NCBI GenBank assembly: GCA_965238005.1
Contig: OZ250165.1
Coordinates: 1,408,001 to 1,472,000, forward strand
Source: Longimicrobiales bacterium
Lineage (GTDB): Bacteria; Gemmatimonadota; Gemmatimonadetes; Longimicrobiales; Gaopeijiaceae
Direction of reading: 5' to 3'
DNA length: 64,000 nt
Shown here: piece after piece, positions 18,200 through 27,510 of the stretch
Numbering within the stretch: the first letter of the stretch is position 1
Layout: each line of letters starts with the position of its first letter
The notes under the pieces: model-generated
Seen by the model: only the letters and a program-made list of their open reading frames with translations
Database searches by the model: none
What the model was told of the DNA's origin: nothing
Position numbers and translations under genes: made by a program

Positions 18200-18988
18200 C
18201 TAGTCCCTCTTTATCTCGGCGCCATTGGGGAGGCCGTACAACGCGTCGAGTGTCCGGAAGTCCCTCGTCGAGAGGCTGCGCGCGGTGTTGGTCGGGTACA
18301 TGACGTCGCGGCGCGAGTCACTGTGGGGCAGTCCCAGAGCGTGACCCATTTCGTGGGCTGCGGTGAGGAGCACCTGCTGAGGTCTTAGCTCGTAGTTCCA
18401 GTTCGAGGGGCTGCGGGTGGCCAGGGCGAGCCGGAGTACTCGAAAATGGGGCTCGCCGTCCTCGACGCTCCACTCAATGCGCGTCACTCCCAGTTGAGAT
18501 CCAGAAAGAACCGAATCCCACGAGATTGTGATGTCGGCCGGCTCCGTGGACGTCGTGCGTGAGTCGATGATCAACTCGAACGGCTTCCGATTCCAGTATT
18601 GGAATCCCCGCACCGCTGCTCTTTGGAGGTCCCGGGCACGCTCTCGAGTCGCCCTGGGGGGTGAAGGAATGCGGATTCGCAAGCGAGTGGTCCCGTCGGG
18701 CCATCGATACATGCGCTGGGAGCCCGATTCCTTGAGCTCCACGCACAGATATCCGACGTCCGTACAGGTCTCACTGGCCTGTAAGATGATCTCCGCCGCG
18801 ACGGGGCCGGCCAACACCCCCTCATCGCAGAACCGGGGGTCTCCCGCAGGGCACTCTTCCGAGGCCCCAACCCCTTCACCCAGGGCCCCACCCCCGAACA
18901 TCGGTGCCCGGCCGCGGAGATAGTTGAGGGCAACGGCGGAAACGGCGATCACTAGGAGGCATGAAACCGGAGACAATTTTCCTTTCAC
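18200..18988 (-). CDS. Matrixin (M10)-like zinc metalloprotease
   Basis: HEMGHALGLPHS zinc motif, Met-turn DVMYP and N-terminal hydrophobic anchor. GGAGG SD 7 nt before GTG 18988. Confidence 0.88.
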   Translation of the reverse strand: MKGKLSPVSCLLVIAVSAVALNYLRGRAPMFGGGALGEGVGASEECPAGDPRFCDEGVLAGPVAAEIILQASETCTDVGYLCVELKESGSQRMYRWPDGTTRLRIRIPSPPRATRERARDLQRAAVRGFQYWNRKPFELIIDSRTTSTEPADITISWDSVLSGSQLGVTRIEWSVEDGEPHFRVLRLALATRSPSNWNYELRPQQVLLTAAHEMGHALGLPHSDSRRDVMYPTNTARSLSTRDFRTLDALYGLPNGAEIKRD

Positions 18989-19268
18989 GTACATCCCTCC
19001 TCCGATCCCGGTGGTCCGATCCGACCCGTCACCGGTGCATTCGAGGGTGATATCCTCTATCACTAGACTAGGCTCGGATCCCCTCTCGGGGGAAGGCCTA
19101 ATCCGAGGACTCCCGTCCCAGCCAGACTGGAACGGAGGCCCGGCGCCCGTGTAGTTTTTAGTTTCCACCTGTCGAGGGTAGCCAGGGCAGGGGGACAGGG
19201 CACACCGCACTCGGAGAGAGTGTGGCGGGTATGGTCGAAGGCACCAGATTCGGTTCAGGACGGCATAT

Positions 19269-20015
19269 ATGCGCGAGGAGCGGAACGCGGTTCGAGAGCA
19301 ACGAGGGCCGGGCCCGCTCCGACTGATCTGGGACTGGACCCGGTCGCTCTTCTTCGCTCTCATCCTCTTTCTGGTCGTTCGGACCTTCCTCGTCGAGGCC
19401 TTCAAGATTCCCACGTCCTCCATGGAGGGAACGCTTCTCGTGGGGGATTTCCTGTTGGTCAACAAGGCGGTGTACGGAGCCGAGGTGCCGCTGTTGGGGA
19501 TGAAGCTCCCGGCGTGGAGAGAGCCACGCCGAGGTGACATCGTGGTATTCAACCCTCCGCATGATCCCCTCAAGAACTATGTGAAGAGGGTCGTGGGCGT
19601 GCCCGGCGACACGCTCGAGATGAGGGACAAGGCCCTCTATGTGAACGGCGTCGAGGTGAATGAGGAATATGCGCGGTATATCGACCGCAGCGGTGCCGAC
19701 GCCGTTCACCCCAACATGACGTGGCAGGGCAGCCATCTGTTGGCCAGGGCGACTGGGCGTCCGCGCTCACGAAGTAGAGACTACCGGCCCTCACGAGACA
19801 ACTGGGGTCCCCTCGCCATCCCGGAGAGCAGCTACTTCGTGCTGGGGGACAACCGTGACAACAGTGAGGATTCGCGCTACTGGGGGTTCGTGAACAGGGA
19901 AGCGATCCGTGGTCGGCCCTGGATCGTTTACTTCTCCTTCGACGCCACCGGCGAACAACGACCACCGTGGCTTCGTGCCGTGCGGTGGGATCGGGTAGGT
20001 GGGCGAATCCGCTGA
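19269..20015 (+). CDS. lepB: Signal peptidase I
   Basis: IPTSSMEGTLLVGD (Ser), YVKRVVGVPGD (Lys), GDNRDNSEDSRYWG. Confidence 0.96.
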   Translation: MREERNAVREQRGPGPLRLIWDWTRSLFFALILFLVVRTFLVEAFKIPTSSMEGTLLVGDFLLVNKAVYGAEVPLLGMKLPAWREPRRGDIVVFNPPHDPLKNYVKRVVGVPGDTLEMRDKALYVNGVEVNEEYARYIDRSGADAVHPNMTWQGSHLLARATGRPRSRSRDYRPSRDNWGPLAIPESSYFVLGDNRDNSEDSRYWGFVNREAIRGRPWIVYFSFDATGEQRPPWLRAVRWDRVGGRIR

Positions 20016-20089
20016 CGGATACCGCCGCGAGGTCGTGGACGCGGGGGGGCGGCCGCGCCGCACTCGTCCAAGATTCTTCGGTGGGGCGG

Positions 20090-20117
20090 TTGCGCTACCA
20101 GCGCCTTGACTTATCAT
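20090..20117 (+). promoter_or_regulatory. Candidate original promoter of the sigma70 gene, now separated from it by an IS
   Basis: TTGCGC-16 nt-TATCAT, with SD-like GAGGG at 20176-20180 just before the IS. Confidence 0.35.
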
Positions 20118-20184
20118 TTCCCTTCTTCGGCGCCTCCCCTTCCGTTTGGAGACGCGATCAGACTCATGGACGACTGAGGGCTAG

Positions 20185-21785
20185 GAGTCTGCGCCGCAGA
20201 AGCACAGCTGACTGAGCCGAATGGTCATCGAGCCGTCCGCGGCGAGGCGGATCCGGGTGATTGGGAGGTTGAGGACTTGTGTCTGCGACGGATCGGGAGA
20301 GCGGAATGGATGCGTTGGGGGGGCAAGAGAGCTACGAGAGCCCTCGCGCCGGCAGATGCGGGTGAACCCTCGTGCAGTCATGCCGCCTGAAGGGTGTGCA
20401 GCCGCTTCACATTGAGTGCCAGGCACACGAGGGTCCACTCGGCCCGGACCTTCTCGAGGCCCCGGAAGCTGAATCGTCGAAAGCCCATCACTTCCTTGAT
20501 CCAGCCGATGGGCGCCTCGGCCTGCGACTTTCGCCGTGCGTAGCGTCTGCGGCCATCTTCGCTCGCCAGCTTCTCCGCCATGCGGACTTTCGCCGGATAT
20601 TCCTCCTTGTCAACCGTGGGGGCGGCCTTGCCCTCCCGGGCCAGCGCCACATACCCGTCGATGTCTCGCTCTTCCAGTTCCTCGAGATCCCGCTCGTTGC
20701 AATAGCCCGTGTCCGCCAGCACCTGCGCCGGCGTCTCGCCGTACGCTTGCGCCACCGCGTCGACCATGGGCACCAGCTGGCCCTGGTCGCTCGCGTTGTC
20801 CGTCACCTCGGCCCCGACCACCAGCTGGTTCTCCCCCTCCACGACCGTCTGTGCGTTGTAGCACTGCTGGAACCCCTCCGAACTCGTCTTCATGATCCGG
20901 CTCTCAGGGTCCGTGAAGTTGCTCTGCGCCGCCTCGTCCGGCTCTCCGTACTCCCGCTTGTAGGGCCTGCCGCCCTTCGGGTTGCGCGTCTGCCCCGGCT
21001 TGCGGCCCCGTGCGTCGTCCGCCGCTCTCTGCTCGGCTTCCAGGCGCGCCTTCGCCTCCCGGATCGCCGCCAGCCGGTCCTCGCGCCGCTTGAGCTCCTC
21101 CGGCACCTCGTCTCCGCATGCTTCCTCGCCGTAGCGCTCGTCTTCCGCTTCGTCCACCGCCTCGGCCCTCTCCAACAGCCCCCGGATCTCCGCCTCCAGC
21201 CGAGGCTCCCCGGTCACCATCCGGCCGTAGCTCATCGCCTTGCGCTTGTTCGCGTTCGCCCGAACCTTCGTCCCGTCCACCGACACCCTGCCAAGCCCCG
21301 CCAGCCCCAAGGCCCGCGCGAGCATCACCACCTCCACAAACACCGCCCGGAAATCCCCGAGATGGCGCTTGCGGAACTCGCACAGCGTCCGGTGCTTCGG
21401 GAAGTTCTCCGCCGCCAGCATCCGAAACGCGACATCCTCCTCCAGCTTCCTCGCCATCTTCCGCGACGAGAAGGTGCCCGTCGCATACGCGTAGATCAGC
21501 ACCTTGACCATCATCCGAGGGTCGTACGGCGAGTTGCGCCGCCCGTCCCCCCGGTACCGCCCGTAGAACGCGCTCAGCTCCACCGCGTCCACCAGGTCGC
21601 TCACATGGTGCGCCAAATGACCCTCCGACACCCACTCCCGAAGATCCGGAGGCAGCAACAACATCTGCTCCGGATCGTACGGTCGAAATGTCGTTCCCAT
21701 TCACCCCCCTCGGTGATCCGCAAGCCTTCCCAATGCCTTCGCTACCACCAAAGATAGCCGCCGCAGGGTTCTGCGGCGCAGACTC
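20185..21785 (-). mobile_element. IS1182-family insertion sequence, copy 1 (1601 bp)
   Basis: Perfect 17-bp TIR gagtctgcgccgcagaa. CTAG direct repeats at 20181-20184 and 21786-21789. Confidence 0.95.
20378..21700 (-). CDS. IS1182-family DDE transposase
   Basis: PYDPRMMVKVLIYAY..SSRK (DUF772-like), VDGTKVRANA, LADTGY, RRK..AEAPIGWIK. Confidence 0.95.
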   Translation of the reverse strand: MGTTFRPYDPEQMLLLPPDLREWVSEGHLAHHVSDLVDAVELSAFYGRYRGDGRRNSPYDPRMMVKVLIYAYATGTFSSRKMARKLEEDVAFRMLAAENFPKHRTLCEFRKRHLGDFRAVFVEVVMLARALGLAGLGRVSVDGTKVRANANKRKAMSYGRMVTGEPRLEAEIRGLLERAEAVDEAEDERYGEEACGDEVPEELKRREDRLAAIREAKARLEAEQRAADDARGRKPGQTRNPKGGRPYKREYGEPDEAAQSNFTDPESRIMKTSSEGFQQCYNAQTVVEGENQLVVGAEVTDNASDQGQLVPMVDAVAQAYGETPAQVLADTGYCNERDLEELEERDIDGYVALAREGKAAPTVDKEEYPAKVRMAEKLASEDGRRRYARRKSQAEAPIGWIKEVMGFRRFSFRGLEKVRAEWTLVCLALNVKRLHTLQAA

Positions 21786-21789
21786 CTAG

Positions 21790-22644
21790 ATGAGCTTTCC
21801 TTCCCGTCGAGGTTCCTTCCGGGAAGGGTCGCTCGATCAGTACCTCAAGGAGATCAGCCAGTATCCGCTGATCGACAAGGCCGAAGAGGTACGCCTCGCC
21901 AAAGGCATTCGGCGGGGCGAGGAAGAGGCCCTGAACAAGCTCGTCCGCTCCAACCTCCGATTCGTCGTCTCGGTCGCGAAAAAGTATCAGAACCAGGGCG
22001 TACCCCTCTCCGATCTCATCAACGAGGGGAACCTCGGCCTCATTCGGGCCGCTCACAAGTTCGATGAGACCAAGGGCATCAAGTTCATCAGCTATGCGGT
22101 GTGGTGGATTCGGCAGGCCATTCTACAGGCGTTGGCAGAGCAGAGCCGGATCGTACGGGTCCCCCTCAATCGGGCCGGAGCTCTCCATCGGATCGGACGA
22201 AGGAGCTCGGCTCTTCTGCAGGAGTTGGGACGGGAGCCCACTGTAGAGGAGCTCGCCAACGATCTCGACATCTCGGAAGAGGAGGTCGAGCGTACGCTGG
22301 CGATATCCCAGTCCCATCTATCACTCGACGCGCCCATTACACCGGGTGAGGACAACCGGCTCCTCGACTACCTGCCGGACCAATACTCCCCGGGACCCGA
22401 AGACGAAGCTTACGAGCACGCCCTGAAGGAGAGCGTGGAAGATGCCCTCTCCACGCTCAAGGAGCGTGAGGCGAAGATCCTTAGGCTGTACTTCGGACTC
22501 GACGATCAGGAGCCCATGACGCTGGAGGAGATCGGGTCGTTGCTGGGGATCACCCGAGAGAGGGTGCGGCAGATCAAGGAGAAGGCGCTACTACGGCTCC
22601 GACATGCGTCCCGGGCCCGCTTTCTGGAGACGTACTTCCAGTAG
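21790..22644 (+). CDS. RNA polymerase sigma70 factor, RpoD/SigA family, short form lacking region 1.1
   Basis: LDQYLKEI, NLRFVVSVAKKYQ, DLINEGNLGLIRAA, KFISYAVWWIRQAI, TLEEIG..ITRERVRQIK. Confidence 0.95.
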   Translation: MSFPSRRGSFREGSLDQYLKEISQYPLIDKAEEVRLAKGIRRGEEEALNKLVRSNLRFVVSVAKKYQNQGVPLSDLINEGNLGLIRAAHKFDETKGIKFISYAVWWIRQAILQALAEQSRIVRVPLNRAGALHRIGRRSSALLQELGREPTVEELANDLDISEEEVERTLAISQSHLSLDAPITPGEDNRLLDYLPDQYSPGPEDEAYEHALKESVEDALSTLKEREAKILRLYFGLDDQEPMTLEEIGSLLGITRERVRQIKEKALLRLRHASRARFLETYFQ

Positions 22645-22757
22645 AAATGCGTAGCTGACAGAGACGTCCGGCGGCCCGGCAGGATCCGTCTGCTGAGACA
22701 CGACGATCGGGTATCTCGTCCGGTCGAAAACCCGTGGAAACGCTGCCCTTTCCCCCG

Positions 22758-22786
22758 TTGACACCCCCTGTGGCCGCTACTATCCT
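22758..22786 (+). promoter_or_regulatory. Sigma70-type promoter of the rplM operon
   Basis: TTGACA-17 nt-TATCCT, 36 nt before the rplM GTG. Confidence 0.75.
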
Positions 22787-22822
22787 TTATTGCTCTGTCG
22801 TTCAACAACTCGTGGGAACACG

Positions 22823-23251
22823 GTGAAGACATACACTCCGAAGGCAGACGAGGTCGAGCGCGCCTGGTGGGTCGTCGATGCCGAGGGAAAAACCCTGGGT
22901 CGACTCGCCACCGAGATCGCTCGGATTCTTCGTGGCAAACATAAGCCGATGTTCACGCCCCACCTCGACGTGGGAGATTACGTCGTGGTGATCAATGCCG
23001 AGAAGGTCACGCTGACCGGCAACAAGGCGGATCAGAAGACCTATTTCAGGCACTCGGGATACATGGGCAGCGAGAGGCACATCCCTTTCCGGCGTATGAT
23101 CACGAACCATCCGGATCGGGTGATCGAGTTGGCCGTCCGGGGCATGCTTCCCAAGAACACGCTGGGGAGGCACACGCGTAAGAAGCTGAAGGTCTATGCG
23201 GGTGCGGATCACCCGCATCAGAGTCAGCAGCCGCAGCCCCTGGAGATCTGA
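22823..23251 (+). CDS. rplM: 50S ribosomal protein L13
   Basis: [31 protein letters not shown]. Confidence 0.98.
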   Translation: MKTYTPKADEVERAWWVVDAEGKTLGRLATEIARILRGKHKPMFTPHLDVGDYVVVINAEKVTLTGNKADQKTYFRHSGYMGSERHIPFRRMITNHPDRVIELAVRGMLPKNTLGRHTRKKLKVYAGADHPHQSQQPQPLEI

Positions 23252-23271
23252 GCGGAATCGGAAACGATTTG

Positions 23272-23664
23272 ATGGCGGGAAACAGCATTCAGACCGTAGG
23301 CCGGCGGAAGACCGCCGTCGCCCGCGTGATGCTCAAGCCCGGCAAGGGTGAGTGGTCGGTGAACTCGCGTCCGCTGGCCGAGTACTTTCCCCGTTCTACC
23401 CACCAACAGCGTATCGAGCAGCCCCTCAAGGCGGTGGAGATGGACGGGCAGTTCGATATCCGGGTCCGCGTCCGCGGCGGTGGGCCCACGGGTCAAGCCG
23501 ACGCGCTCCGCATGGGCATCGCAAGGGCCCTGGTGGAGCACGACGAGGACCTGCGCTCGGTGCTCCGGGAGGGGGGCTTCCTCACCCGAGATTCGCGAAA
23601 GGTGGAGAGGAAGAAGCCCGGTCGCCCCAAGGCGCGGAAGCGCTTCCAGTTCTCCAAGCGTTAA
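23272..23664 (+). CDS. rpsI: 30S ribosomal protein S9
   Basis: [10 protein letters not shown] and C-terminus [19 protein letters not shown]. Confidence 0.98.
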   Translation: MAGNSIQTVGRRKTAVARVMLKPGKGEWSVNSRPLAEYFPRSTHQQRIEQPLKAVEMDGQFDIRVRVRGGGPTGQADALRMGIARALVEHDEDLRSVLREGGFLTRDSRKVERKKPGRPKARKRFQFSKR

Positions 23665-23685
23665 ACCGTCGAGACGAAGAGATAC

Positions 23686-24660
23686 ATGCAGCAGCAGGTG
23701 GGCCTGAACGAACTGCTCGAGGCTGGCGTCCACTTCGGACACCAGACCCGCCGTTGGAATCCGAAGATGGGGAAGTACATCTTCACGGAGCGCAACGGCA
23801 TCCACATCATCGATCTCCGCAAGACCCTCGATCGCCTGATCGTGGCGCAGGAGGCCGTGCGGGAAGTGGTTCTGGCTGGCGAACGCATCCTCTTCGTCTG
23901 CACCAAGCGGCAGCTACAGGGGATCATCGAGCAGGAGGCCAACGCGTGCGGCGCGTTCTACGTAACCGAGCGCTGGCTCGGCGGCATGCTCACCAACTTT
24001 CAGACGATCCGTAAGCAGATTCGCCGTCTGAAGGAGTTGGAGCGCGGGCAGGAGGAGAGCGCCTTCGAGTTCTATACCAAGAAGGAGCGTCTTCTCCTCG
24101 ACCGCGAGAGGTTGAAGCTCGACAAGTACCTGTCGGGGGTGAAGGACATGACTCGCCTCCCGGGTGCCCTCTTCGTGGTAGACGTGAAGCGCGAAGGCAT
24201 CGCGGTCCGCGAGGCACATCGCCTGGGCATCCCGGTCATCGCCATCACGGATACCAACGCCGATCCGGATCTGATCGAGTACCCGGTTCCAGGCAACGAC
24301 GACGCCATCCGTTCCGTCGGCCTGATCACTAAGGCCATCGCCGAGTCCGTGCAGGTGGCGAGCACGCAGGTGCCCGAGGAGAAGAAACGGATGGTTCAAG
24401 AGGCTCAGGCGACGACCTATTCGACCGAGACTGGTGAGACCACCGAGGCCCAGGACCGTCCGGCCGCCAGGCGGCACCCGAAGCGGTATCCCCGTCCCGA
24501 AGTGATCGCCGAGCGATTGGGCGACGGGGCCGGAGACCAGGCCGTCAAGGGCGACGGCGGAGAGCAGACGGAAGGCTCGGCCGCCGCTTCCGGAGAAGAA
24601 GCCGCCGATGACGCCGTGAACGCCGAAGCTGAAAAGGGCGGGGCCGAGTCGGAATCCTGA
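23686..24660 (+). CDS. rpsB: 30S ribosomal protein S2 with long acidic C-tail
   Basis: [35 protein letters not shown]. Confidence 0.98.
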   Translation: MQQQVGLNELLEAGVHFGHQTRRWNPKMGKYIFTERNGIHIIDLRKTLDRLIVAQEAVREVVLAGERILFVCTKRQLQGIIEQEANACGAFYVTERWLGGMLTNFQTIRKQIRRLKELERGQEESAFEFYTKKERLLLDRERLKLDKYLSGVKDMTRLPGALFVVDVKREGIAVREAHRLGIPVIAITDTNADPDLIEYPVPGNDDAIRSVGLITKAIAESVQVASTQVPEEKKRMVQEAQATTYSTETGETTEAQDRPAARRHPKRYPRPEVIAERLGDGAGDQAVKGDGGEQTEGSAAASGEEAADDAVNAEAEKGGAESES

Positions 24661-24700
24661 GCACCGCAGTGACTGCGCCCCAGCTGTTTTTGGGGACGAT

Positions 24701-24736
24701 AGAGGTGGAGCAGTTGGGAGCTCCCGCCTCTTTCTT
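24701..24736 (+). terminator. Terminator/attenuator-like hairpin between rpsB and tsf
   Basis: agaggtggagc ... gctcccgcctct followed by ttctt. Confidence 0.45.
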
Positions 24737-24771
24737 ATAGTTAGGACAACTCGAGTGAGACGGACTGGACG

Positions 24772-25371
24772 ATGTCGATTTCTGCGAAAGGCGTGAAGGC
24801 CCTCCGCGATAGAACCGGTGCGGGCATGATGGACTGCAAGAAGGCGCTGGTGGAGACCGACGGCGACATGGAGGCGGCCATCGATCTCCTGAGGGCCAGG
24901 GGAGCCGCCAAGGCGGCCAAGAGGGCGGGGAAGTCGGCCAACGAGGGGACCATCGGCTCGTACGTCCACTTCGACAACCGAACCGCCGTGATCGTGGAGG
25001 TCAACTGCGAGACGGACTTCGTGGCGAATACGGACGACTTCAGACAGCTTGCCAAGGATCTGGCGCTCCACATCGCGTCGTCGGCGCCGCTGGCGGTGGG
25101 ACCCGAGGACATCCTCGCTGAGATCGTCGAGCGGGAGCGCAAGGTCTACCGCGAGCAGGTGAAAGAAGAGGGCAAGCCCGATCACATCGCCGAGAAAATC
25201 GTCGAAGGAAAGCTCAATAAGTACTTCAAGGAGAATACCTTACTGCCGCAGGCGTTCGTGAAGAATCCCGATCAGACCATCGAGGAGCTGATCACCGAGA
25301 TGTCGGCCAAGACCGGCGAGAAGATCGAGGTCGGCCGGTTCGCCCGCATGAAGGTCGGCGAGGTCACGTGA
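24772..25371 (+). CDS. tsf: Elongation factor Ts (short 199-aa form)
   Basis: [26 protein letters not shown]. Confidence 0.97.
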   Translation: MSISAKGVKALRDRTGAGMMDCKKALVETDGDMEAAIDLLRARGAAKAAKRAGKSANEGTIGSYVHFDNRTAVIVEVNCETDFVANTDDFRQLAKDLALHIASSAPLAVGPEDILAEIVERERKVYREQVKEEGKPDHIAEKIVEGKLNKYFKENTLLPQAFVKNPDQTIEELITEMSAKTGEKIEVGRFARMKVGEVT

Positions 25372-26102
25372 GCGCCGACATGGCCGCGAGCTCGGGTGCG
25401 AGGTACCAGAGAGTCCTGCTCAAGCTCTCGGGCGAAGCCCTCGCCGGTGAGCAGGGCTTCGGAATCGAGCCGTCGGTGGTGGATCTCCTCACCGACGAGG
25501 TAAGGGCGGTTCACGAGATGGGAGTGAGCCTGGGTCTCGTGATCGGGGGAGGCAACATCGTCCGGGGAGCTCTGGCGAGTCAGAAGGGCATGGACCGCGT
25601 ACAGGCGGACTACATGGGCATGCTCGCCACCGTCATCAACGCCCTGGCCGTCCAGGACCTCCTCGAGCGCAAAGGAGTCGCCACCCGGGTGATGACCGCC
25701 ATCCGCATGGAAGAGGTGGCCGAGCCCTACATTCGCCGGAGGGCGCTCAGGCACATGGAGAAGGAGCGGGTGGTGATTTTCGCCGGTGGCACGGGCAATC
25801 CCTACTTCTCCACCGATACGGCTGCCGTGTTGAGGGCCATGGAGATGAGCTCCGACGTGGTGATCAAGGCCACGAAAGTGAAGGGCATCTACAGCGCCGA
25901 CCCCGTTCGCGACCCCTCGGCAGAGTTCATTCCGGCCATTACTTTTCAAGAGGTGGTCACGCGGGAACTCGGAGTAATGGATGCCCCAGCGGTCGCACTT
26001 TGCAAAGAGAACGACCTCCCGATCATCATCCTTAATCTGGAGGATAGAGGAGCCGTTACCGCTGCCATTCGGGGAGAGAAGGTAGGGACCCTGGTCTCCT
26101 AG
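25368..26102 (+). CDS. pyrH: UMP kinase
   Basis: [29 protein letters not shown]. Confidence 0.97.
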   Translation: MSADMAASSGARYQRVLLKLSGEALAGEQGFGIEPSVVDLLTDEVRAVHEMGVSLGLVIGGGNIVRGALASQKGMDRVQADYMGMLATVINALAVQDLLERKGVATRVMTAIRMEEVAEPYIRRRALRHMEKERVVIFAGGTGNPYFSTDTAAVLRAMEMSSDVVIKATKVKGIYSADPVRDPSAEFIPAITFQEVVTRELGVMDAPAVALCKENDLPIIILNLEDRGAVTAAIRGEKVGTLVS

Positions 26103-26163
26103 GCTCCGATAAAGGCGGCCCGCTGGTTGGGGCTGAAGAGAAAGCACACGCTGAGAGGTGGCT

Positions 26164-26712
26164 ATGTCGTTGAAGGAAGCCAGGTCACGGATGGACGACG
26201 CCATCGAAGCGCTGCGCCGCGAGTTCGCGACTGTTCGAACGGGCAAAGCGACTCCCGCGCTTCTGGACACCGTACGGGTCGACGCCTACGGCTCGAAGAT
26301 GCCGCTCAATCAGGTAGCCAACATCTCGACGCCGGAGGCTTCCCTCCTCGTGATCCAGCCGTACGACAAGGGACTCCTCGGCGATATCGAGCGGGCGATC
26401 CTGACGGCCGACCTCGGACTCAATCCCGCCAACGACGGGAACCTGATCCGGGTTCCGATCCCGCCGCTGAACGAGGAGCGCCGGAAGGAGTACGTCAAGC
26501 TGTTACACCAGATGGCCGAGGAGGGCCGGGTCTCGATCCGGCATGCCCGCAAGGTGGGGAACGACGACATCAAGAACGCCATCAGGGAGCATGAGACGGG
26601 CGATGACGAGGGCCACCGGCAGCTCGAAGAAATCCAGAAGCTGACGGACGATTATACCCGGAAGATGGACGGCATGCTCCAGCACAAAGAGAAGGAGGTG
26701 ATGGCCATCTAG
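26164..26712 (+). CDS. frr: Ribosome recycling factor
   Basis: VRTGKATPALLD, LGLNPANDG, PPLNEERRKE. Confidence 0.97.
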   Translation: MSLKEARSRMDDAIEALRREFATVRTGKATPALLDTVRVDAYGSKMPLNQVANISTPEASLLVIQPYDKGLLGDIERAILTADLGLNPANDGNLIRVPIPPLNEERRKEYVKLLHQMAEEGRVSIRHARKVGNDDIKNAIREHETGDDEGHRQLEEIQKLTDDYTRKMDGMLQHKEKEVMAI

Positions 26713-26763
26713 CCGGTCGCGCCGCCTGCTCGCCGCGACCCGCTCGACCGGCCTTCACTTGTT

Positions 26764-27510
26764 ATGGCGCCCTCGGAACTCCTACAGAAGATTCGCGTCC
26801 ACGGGCAGATCCCGCGACACGTGGCGATCATCATGGATGGGAACGGGCGATGGGCCAAACAGCGCAGCCTCCCTCGTGTTGCGGGCCACAAAGAGGGCAT
26901 GAAGGCGGTTCGGAGGGCCATCGAAGGCTCCATCCACGCCGGAATCGAGATTCTCACCCTCTTCGCCTTCTCCACAGAGAACTGGCAGCGTCCACGTCGC
27001 GAGATCACGGCCCTCATGGGCTTGTTGCGCTTGTACGCCACACAGGAGAGGGCTGAGCTCAAGGGGCAGGGCGTCGAGGTCCACGTGCTCGGTAACGTGG
27101 ACGCTCTGGACGAGTCCACTCGAGGCGCGGTGGAGGAGATCGTCTCCGAGACGGCCGGAGGCATGAATCTCCGTCTCAATCTCATGATCTCGTACTCCGG
27201 CCGGGAAGAGATCCTGCGGGCGTGCCGCCACATGGCCGAGCGGGCGGCCGCGGGGGAGCTGGATCCACGCGAAATCGATGAGGAGTCGTTCGGTGACAGC
27301 CTCTTCACCAGGGGGCTCCCCGATCCCGACCTGCTCATCCGCACGTCCGGGGAGCTCCGGATCAGCAACTTCATGCTCTGGCAGCTCGCTTACACGGAGC
27401 TGCACGTCACGCCTGTATTGTGGCCCGATTTCTCCAGGGTCGATCTCTTCCGGGCTCTTTCGGATTACCAGGAACGCGATCGACGCTTCGGTCGTGTGAC
27501 CGTCAGCTAG
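26764..27510 (+). CDS. uppS: Undecaprenyl diphosphate synthase
   Basis: HVAIIMDGNGRWA, FSTENWQRP, DLLIRTSGELRISNFMLWQ. Its stop TAG is part of the IS target. Confidence 0.97.
   Translation: MAPSELLQKIRVHGQIPRHVAIIMDGNGRWAKQRSLPRVAGHKEGMKAVRRAIEGSIHAGIEILTLFAFSTENWQRPRREITALMGLLRLYATQERAELKGQGVEVHVLGNVDALDESTRGAVEEIVSETAGGMNLRLNLMISYSGREEILRACRHMAERAAAGELDPREIDEESFGDSLFTRGLPDPDLLIRTSGELRISNFMLWQLAYTELHVTPVLWPDFSRVDLFRALSDYQERDRRFGRVTVS

Noticed and set aside
18021..18203. 60-codon ORF spanning the MITE end to end (GTG..TAG), also on the opposite strand in copy 3
   Set aside because: Stop-free 60 codons are common at this GC content. The frame is broken in copies 4 and 5, and the net insertion (182 bp) is not a multiple of 3, so it is not an in-frame RPE-like element.
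19063..19071. Tandem CTAGACTAG as an excision footprint
   Set aside because: Too short to distinguish from chance without an orthologous site.
18989..19573. N-terminal extension of the 457-aa protease ORF
   Set aside because: Overlaps lepB antisense and the intergenic region; the SD supports a start at 18988.
20372..21757. 461-aa ORF antisense to the transposase (also 27539..28924)
   Set aside because: Shadow frame of a GC-rich gene with no recognisable motifs.
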